Part shown: one piece after another, positions 1 through 7,096 of the stretch
Layout: every line of letters begins with the position of its first letter
Numbering within the stretch: the stretch's first letter is position 1
Origin: Candidatus Asgardarchaeum abyssi
GTDB taxonomy: Archaea > Asgardarchaeota > Asgardarchaeia > Asgardarchaeales > Asgardarchaeaceae
NCBI GenBank assembly: GCA_040225955.1
Contig: JBECUL010000019.1
Location: 15,849 to 35,112 of the forward strand
Direction: 5' to 3'
DNA: 19,264 nucleotides
Translations under genes and position numbers: made by a program
The notes under the pieces: generated by a model
Told to the model about the DNA's origin: nothing
Databases searched by the model: none
The model's input: the letters and a program-made list of their open reading frames with translations, nothing else

Positions 1-39
1 ATCAATGGTCTGTCTTCGTTCGATATAGTCTATCTCTGC

Positions 40-3000
40 GTTGTATCGAATGCCTCGATGAATAGAGGACGGCAACAAAGAAAAAATCATTTTTTTATGA
101 GTTCATTGTATATTTCCTCAAGGTTGTATCGAATGCCTCGATGAATAGAGGACGGCAACCCAGAACTGCTTTGCTGTATCTGCCAGACTCTTTTCTTATC
201 CAAGTTGTATCGAATGCCTCGATGAATAGAGGACGGCAACATCATAAAAGTTAAGTCTATGTGGTGTCAGATTAACAATTCTCATGTTGTATCGAATGCC
301 TCGATGAATAGAGGACGGCAACGTTTTGACTATTTTTGCTTTCGCCGGGAATCTGACAATGTGGGTTGTATCGAATGCCTCGATGAATAGAGGACGGCAA
401 CGGTAAATGGCCTCAGCAACTGGATATACGCGGATATCTTCTGTTGTATCGAATGCCTCGATGAATAGAGGACGGCAACTGATTCATCAAAACAATGCCA
501 ACCGTTATGGCCCCGTAGAGAGTTGTATCGAATGCCTCGATGAATAGAGGACGGCAACCTCCCTGCTCTTCTGACTGCTCTGTAGAAGACTCTTGTTCAT
601 TGTTGTATCGAATGCCTCGATGAATAGAGGACGGCAACTGGGCCCTTGTCTTATCGAATTCGTCTAAGACCAATACTGTTTGTTGTATCGAATGCCTCGA
701 TGAATAGAGGACGGCAACTCTTGGTCAATTCGTTTAATCGCTTTACTATTGTATTAGTTGTATCGAATGCCTCGATGAATAGAGGACGGCAACCTTCTGA
801 CCCTTGTTGGATATCTCCATGCAGCTACATACCACTTGTTGTATCGAATGCCTCGATGAATAGAGGACGGCAACAAGCAATTGTTGAGCTCTTCCTATAG
901 GTTTTATTTTAATTATCGTTGTATCGAATGCCTCGATGAATAGAGGACGGCAACACGTTATAAAAGAAATGAGGGATGAGATTGTCTCAGAGATTGCGTT
1001 GTATCGAATGCCTCGATGAATAGAGGACGGCAACATGAGGAAAAAACTAAAGTATTGAAGATTTTGCCTATGCGTTTCGTTGTATCGAATGCCTCGATGA
1101 ATAGAGGACGGCAACAGCCACAGCGCGGGCACCGAGCAGGCGCCCGCGATAAAGCATGTTGTATCGAATGCCTCGATGAATAGAGGACGGCAACGGGGAC
1201 AAAAACATTGTAAGTAATGTGCTCTGAAGAAGGTTTTAGTTGTATCGAATGCCTCGATGAATAGAGGACGGCAACCCTTACGCGGTCTCGTACTCGAAAA
1301 CGATGTCGCAGTTTATGTTGTATCGAATGCCTCGATGAATAGAGGACGGCAACATTTCATCTGTATCTGTATATATAGTTAACTTATGTGGTGTAAGTTG
1401 TATCGAATGCCTCGATGAATAGAGGACGGCAACGTCATCATAAAAGTTAAGCTGGTGAGGAGTTAAGTTGATAATTGTTGTATCGAATGCCTCGATGAAT
1501 AGAGGACGGCAACTTTAGACCCCCCATGAGGGGGGTCTCTAACAATTTATAACCTTGTTGTATCGAATGCCTCGATGAATAGAGGACGGCAACATACTCT
1601 TCGTAGTGGTAAAGCACTAAAATCCACGTGAAGTTTCGGTTGTATCGAATGCCTCGATGAATAGAGGACGGCAACTGGCCTTTCAGGTTCCTCGTCATCA
1701 TCATTCCATTTAGCAATGTTGTATCGAATGCCTCGATGAATAGAGGACGGCAACTGTACTCATAAATCAAGCCCTCATCACGCCCACAGATTGGGCATGT
1801 TGTATCGAATGCCTCGATGAATAGAGGACGGCAACACAATGCGGGCATTCCACCACAACTGCTTTTATACCATCATGTTGTATCGAATGCCTCGATGAAT
1901 AGAGGACGGCAACGAGGAGGGCAGACAATCCTAGAACCTTTATGACCCCAACTATGTTGTATCGAATGCCTCGATGAATAGAGGACGGCAACCCCACTAG
2001 GGAGCTTCACAGACCTAGCAATAATTTCAAAGTTGTATCGAATGCCTCGATGAATAGAGGACGGCAACTCTACATTTTTCATGAACCCACCATTTAACGG
2101 TGGGTTCATGTTGTATCGAATGCCTCGATGAATAGAGGACGGCAACAATTGACGAACCATCCTGTAAAGTTAACGTCCCCTGTTCTTACGTTGTATCGAA
2201 TGCCTCGATGAATAGAGGACGGCAACTTTCTGTAATAATTTAAAAGTTCAGGATACTTCCTGAGATAGTTGTATCGAATGCCTCGATGAATAGAGGACGG
2301 CAACTGTACTGTCATCGGTTTTCAGGGTGTTGCTTATTGTTTTAGAGTTGTATCGAATGCCTCGATGAATAGAGGACGGCAACACGTCTTACAGCTACTA
2401 TGCGACCATTTGCATCACGTATGTTGTATCGAATGCCTCGATGAATAGAGGACGGCAACGCCGCAGGGGACGTCGTATATAAAGAAAGAAAAAGGGTTGT
2501 TGTATCGAATGCCTCGATGAATAGAGGACGGCAACGATATAATCGTTTGAGTGTTGGTAACATCAAAACGCTTACTATGTGTTGTATCGAATGCCTCGAT
2601 GAATAGAGGACGGCAACGTTCTCCAAACTCAACCTCTTCGGTACCCTCTTGGGTACTTTCATGTTGTATCGAATGCCTCGATGAATAGAGGACGGCAACT
2701 CGCTGTTCTAAACGAATTACACCTTCTGATGGGTACTTGAAGTTGTATCGAATGCCTCGATGAATAGAGGACGGCAACTTACAAAGTAAGCAAAGTCTAA
2801 GTTCTTTGTGTCTATTACTGTTGTATCGAATGCCTCGATGAATAGAGGACGGCAACTACAGTATTCACAGCTATCAACGGGCTCGTCACATTCGCTACAT
2901 ACGTTGTATCGAATGCCTCGATGAATAGAGGACGGCAACGGATCATATGTTCTGACGATGTATTCACTTCCGTCCTTTTGAAAGTTGTATCGAATGCCTC

Positions 3001-5518
3001 GATGAATAGAGGACGGCAACGATACACTGATGCATTTGTCGTAACCAAGTTCCCTAAGGTTTTGTTGTATCGAATGCCTCGATGAATAGAGGACGGCAAC
3101 TATAGCAAGCCCTGACCGGTCTCTCAAGGTAACCTTCTTCGTTGTATCGAATGCCTCGATGAATAGAGGACGGCAACCTAAGTTTTCGAGTACTTTAAGT
3201 ACTCTTTGATAGCCCATTTTGTTGTATCGAATGCCTCGATGAATAGAGGACGGCAACATCTCGCCACCATCATCGAGGTGAAGGAGTAAAGATATGTTGT
3301 ATCGAATGCCTCGATGAATAGAGGACGGCAACTCTCTCACTCTTATTCCCGTTCTTATTTTGCTCTCAGTTTTGAATTGTTGTATCGAATGCCTCGATGA
3401 ATAGAGGACGGCAACTTTGAAAGGATATAACAGTATACAATATTTAACCAATCTTTCAAGTAGTTGTATCGAATGCCTCGATGAATAGAGGACGGCAACG
3501 TCTCATCCATAGTGATGTAGGCAATAGCGTATAGTACACCGTGTTGTATCGAATGCCTCGATGAATAGAGGACGGCAACAGTGATGTAGGGCCCGTGTTT
3601 GGCACCATCACGTATTTTATTGTTGTATCGAATGCCTCGATGAATAGAGGACGGCAACTTGCTCCCAGTTTCATCGGGATAAACTGATTCCAAGACTGCA
3701 AGTTGTATCGAATGCCTCGATGAATAGAGGACGGCAACATAACCTGCGGGGCCTGAGGCCCCGCAGTTTTTAAATTAAACTTGTTGTATCGAATGCCTCG
3801 ATGAATAGAGGACGGCAACGGGCACAAAAGTGCTCCGTCGTCAAAACAAAGTATAGCGTCCTGTTGTATCGAATGCCTCGATGAATAGAGGACGGCAACG
3901 TGGTGATCCATTTAATGTGGGCTCGCCATATTCAACTTTTGTTGTATCGAATGCCTCGATGAATAGAGGACGGCAACGTATCGAGTATTTTTATTTCGTG
4001 TGGTGTCAAATTAACGTTGTATCGAATGCCTCGATGAATAGAGGACGGCAACTTTGAGCAAGAATTCATGTATCGGCTTATCACATTTTGGACGTTGTAT
4101 CGAATGCCTCGATGAATAGAGGACGGCAACAAATGATAAATCTTTGTCCTTCCCTTTTTATCTTGCAGAAATAGTTGTATCGAATGCCTCGATGAATAGA
4201 GGACGGCAACAGTGTAATTTGTATTTCACAGTGCCACCGCCATTTTCTTAATTTTCTGTTGTATCGAATGCCTCGATGAATAGAGGACGGCAACACTGCT
4301 GTCTTCGCTGACAATGCGAATCAAGTTTTTGGTGTAAGTGTTGTATCGAATGCCTCGATGAATAGAGGACGGCAACATTTTCGCAGAGTATCGATGGTTA
4401 TCTGATTTGCAATTACTTGTTGTATCGAAGGCCTCGATGAATAGAGGACGGCAACTGTCAAATTCATCCAAGACAAGTACTGTCAATTTCTTTTTACTTG
4501 TTGTATCGAATGCCTCGATGAATAGAGGACGGCAACTAGAACATATATAAATTTTTACATAAAATTTTTATATAACTTGTTGTATCGAATGCCTCGATGA
4601 ATAGAGGACGGCAACACTACGATGTATCTGCCGCCTCTGTAGGTGACTTCGGCTGCGATGACCTTCCCATGTTGTATCGAATGCCTCGATGAATAGAGGA
4701 CGGCAACAAGTATAATTCAGTGAAACAATCATATATTTCCTCACGAAAACGCATTTGTTGTATCGAATGCCTCGATGAATAGAGGACGGCAACATAATTC
4801 ATCCGCAGGCACAATTAGTGGTTTATATCCTTTGTTGTATCGAATGCCTCGATGAATAGAGGACGGCAACTTGCTTAGTCTAACATATACTCTTTGTGTT
4901 TTTCCTTCTCTTTTGTTGTATCGAATGCCTCGATGAATAGAGGACGGCAACCTCAGATTTCTTGAACCTTGTAGGAACTTGCAGAACGTTCTGAACTGTT
5001 GTATCGAATGCCTCGATGAATAGAGGACGGCAACCTCTTGGCAGATGTCGTATTCGCCACACCTTTTCGTTTCGGATTTGTTGTATCGAATGCCTCGATG
5101 AATAGAGGACGGCAACGAAAACTCAAGCATCTGACCAAGTCCTAAACGAATTCGCTGCTGTTGTATCGAATGCCTCGATGAATAGAGGACGGCAACTCGC
5201 TTATTCCATCAGCATTGCTGCCGATACGCGCTATGCATGTTGTATCGAATGCCTCGATGAATAGAGGACGGCAACACCGCACCAAGTTGCGATGGCCCTG
5301 TGTTTGGATAAGCAATAGTTGTATCGAATGCCTCGATGAATAGAGGACGGCAACACAAGCTCCTTATACTTTTGCTCCACCAGCTTCAGATATTCCTGTT
5401 GTATCGAATGCCTCGATAAATAGAGGACGGCAACATGCTATCTGTTGATTCACTGCTACCATGAGTCTCCTCTGTAGTTTCGTTGTATCGAATGCCTCGA
5501 TGAATAGAGGACGGCAAC
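40..5518 (+). CRISPR. CRISPR array: 69 x 37-bp repeat GTTGTATCGAATGCCTCGATGAATAGAGGACGGCAAC and 68 complete spacers (38-55 nt); continues beyond the left edge (1-39 is a partial spacer)
   Basis: Repeats were counted directly, from 40-76 to 5482-5518. Only two variants were seen: T12G at 4430 and G21A at 5418. The + orientation is inferred from the CCTC/GAGG stem (repeat nt 14-17/26-29) followed by exactly 8 nt, ACGGCAAC. This is Cas6-type geometry and resembles known type III 5' handles (ACGGAAAC, ATTGAAAC). Confidence 0.99.
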
Positions 5519-5856
5519 AAGATGTGAAGATCTACTATGCAGTAATTGTTTGCGTGTTGAGAAAGATAAGGAATAAGACTGAGAAATGTGCTGCATTGTG
5601 GTTCTTGTAAATAGAAGAATTGCATGAAAAGATAAAATTACCAAGTATAACATTTTTTCAAAAAAATAAATTATTTCATAAAAAATGATATTAATTCAGA
5701 GTGATTTATTGTTGAAAGAGTAGTTTTTGATGCTGTTTATGAAGGATAAAGTTATGAAAAATCTGTTTTATGAGAGATTATGGATGAAGGTCTTTCTTTT
5801 TTAAAATAGAGGCAGTTAGAAATTAATTTCTTTGATTAATTCTAATTATAATTATT

Positions 5857-5890
5857 TTTAAATAGTATCTGAAAGACTATTATTTTGGTG
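5857..5890 (+). promoter_or_regulatory. Putative archaeal promoter (TATA box TTTAAATA 5857-5864) and GGTG ribosome-binding site (5887-5890) of the cmr operon
   Basis: TTTAAATA lies about 33 nt upstream of ATG 5897, and GGTG lies 6 nt before the ATG. The region is very AT-rich, so the TATA assignment is tentative. Confidence 0.45.
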
Positions 5891-5896
5891 TTTTTT

Positions 5897-7096
5897 ATGC
5901 ACTCTGCGGAATTTACTTTAGAGGCAGTAACTCCGATATTTATGTATGGTGCTGATACTAATGTTCCAGAGATTAGAGCTTCTGCAATAAAAGGTCTACT
6001 TAGGTGGTGGTTTAGGGCAATTCTTGGTGGTGTTAAATTTTCACAGGGTATTTATAAAGGGAATGTGTTGCTAGAAAAGGTCAAAGAAGAAGAAAAGATT
6101 TGGGGAACTACTAATGAGAAAAGTAAAGTTATAGTAAAGGTTTTTCCGATTAAACTATATAAAAAGCCATTTCCTATACTATTAAAAGGGGAGAGATTAA
6201 GGGAAAGAGGGAAAGGTATTAAATATCTTGGATTTGGTGTATCTAATAAGGTATGCATAACATATGGAAGTAAAATTAAAATTACGATTGCTTTTAGATC
6301 ACGAGTTTCAAGGATGGAGGAAAATAAAGTATTAGCAAGCTTATGGTTGTTGTTAAACCTTGGTAATATTGGGAGCAGATGCAGAAGAGGGTTTGGAAGT
6401 TTACGGGTTGAGAAGGATATCACGATAGATGAAATAGAGTTTCGTAGTCCAGCAAATGTAAACGATTTAGAAAAATATCTTAAAGCTGGGGTTCAGAAGT
6501 GTTTAGATTTGTTTGGTTGGAAAGGAGTCTCGGTAGAAACTCAGTCTTTACCCGAATTTTCAATGATAGTTCCTAAATTTTGGAAGATGAAAATTTTAGA
6601 TGATATATACAGTTCACCACTTGAAGCAATTAACGAATTAGGGATAAAAATACGAGAATATAGAGAGGACCGAGATAATCCATTTGCGAGACATACCCGA
6701 GCTACAAAAACTGGTAAGCGTTTCGCATATTGGGTTACGAAGGATTATAATGCAGTAAAAAGTATTTACTCATCTCAAATGCAATCCTCTACGCCCCAAG
6801 GATCCATATTTGGTTTACCACATCAATTTCAATTCCAGTCAATTAATAAAAAAGCTATAGTTACGGGTCTTACCAAAGAGAGGAGAGCATCTCCCTTATT
6901 TATAAAGATTTGGAAATTGGCTGAGAGAGAATATGTAGTTGGGTTGCAACTGTTTCTTTCTAAATTTGTTCCAACAGATAAATTACAAATTTCTGATTTA
7001 AGAAACCCGAAGATAGGAAGCGTAGTAAATGCACCGTCCTATAATTTTCTTATAGGTTTTTTGAATAGATTACGAGGAAGGTGGTTAACCTTATGA
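5897..7096 (+). CDS. cmr1: Type III-B RAMP protein Cmr1 (Cas7 group)
   Basis: N-terminal FTLEAVTPIFMYGA, EIRASAIKGLLRWWFRA, glycine loop GNIGSRCRRGFGS, C-terminal FGLPH and RRASPL motifs. The ORF track starts at TTG 5885, but ATG 5897 follows a GGTG RBS and is preferred. Confidence 0.93.
   Translation: MHSAEFTLEAVTPIFMYGADTNVPEIRASAIKGLLRWWFRAILGGVKFSQGIYKGNVLLEKVKEEEKIWGTTNEKSKVIVKVFPIKLYKKPFPILLKGERLRERGKGIKYLGFGVSNKVCITYGSKIKITIAFRSRVSRMEENKVLASLWLLLNLGNIGSRCRRGFGSLRVEKDITIDEIEFRSPANVNDLEKYLKAGVQKCLDLFGWKGVSVETQSLPEFSMIVPKFWKMKILDDIYSSPLEAINELGIKIREYREDRDNPFARHTRATKTGKRFAYWVTKDYNAVKSIYSSQMQSSTPQGSIFGLPHQFQFQSINKKAIVTGLTKERRASPLFIKIWKLAEREYVVGLQLFLSKFVPTDKLQISDLRNPKIGSVVNAPSYNFLIGFLNRLRGRWLTL

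Noticed and set aside
3500-3621. Adjacent spacers share the 11-mer AGTGATGTAGG; spacers 77-122 and 4708-4756 share TATATTTCCTCA
   Set aside because: The flanks and encoded peptides are otherwise unrelated, so short matches like these can be chance.
5556-5587. Possible degenerate terminal repeat GTTGAGAAAGATAAGGAATAAGACTGAGAAAT, 37 nt after the last repeat
   Set aside because: The spacing fits, but similarity is limited to GTTG and GAATA..GAC. This is too weak to count as a repeat.
330-5653. About 27 ORFs in the array carrying PSSIHRGIRYN / VAVLYSSRHSIQ / CRPLFIEAFDTT (or their + strand equivalent)
   Set aside because: These are translations of the CRISPR repeat, which has no stop in any minus-strand frame, joined to spacers. 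They are not genes.
5519-5856. AT-rich region as the array's transcriptional leader (minus-strand array)
   Set aside because: Stem-plus-8-nt geometry, the handle sequence and the antisense spacer polarity all favour + strand crRNA. It is not fully excluded as the acquisition end.
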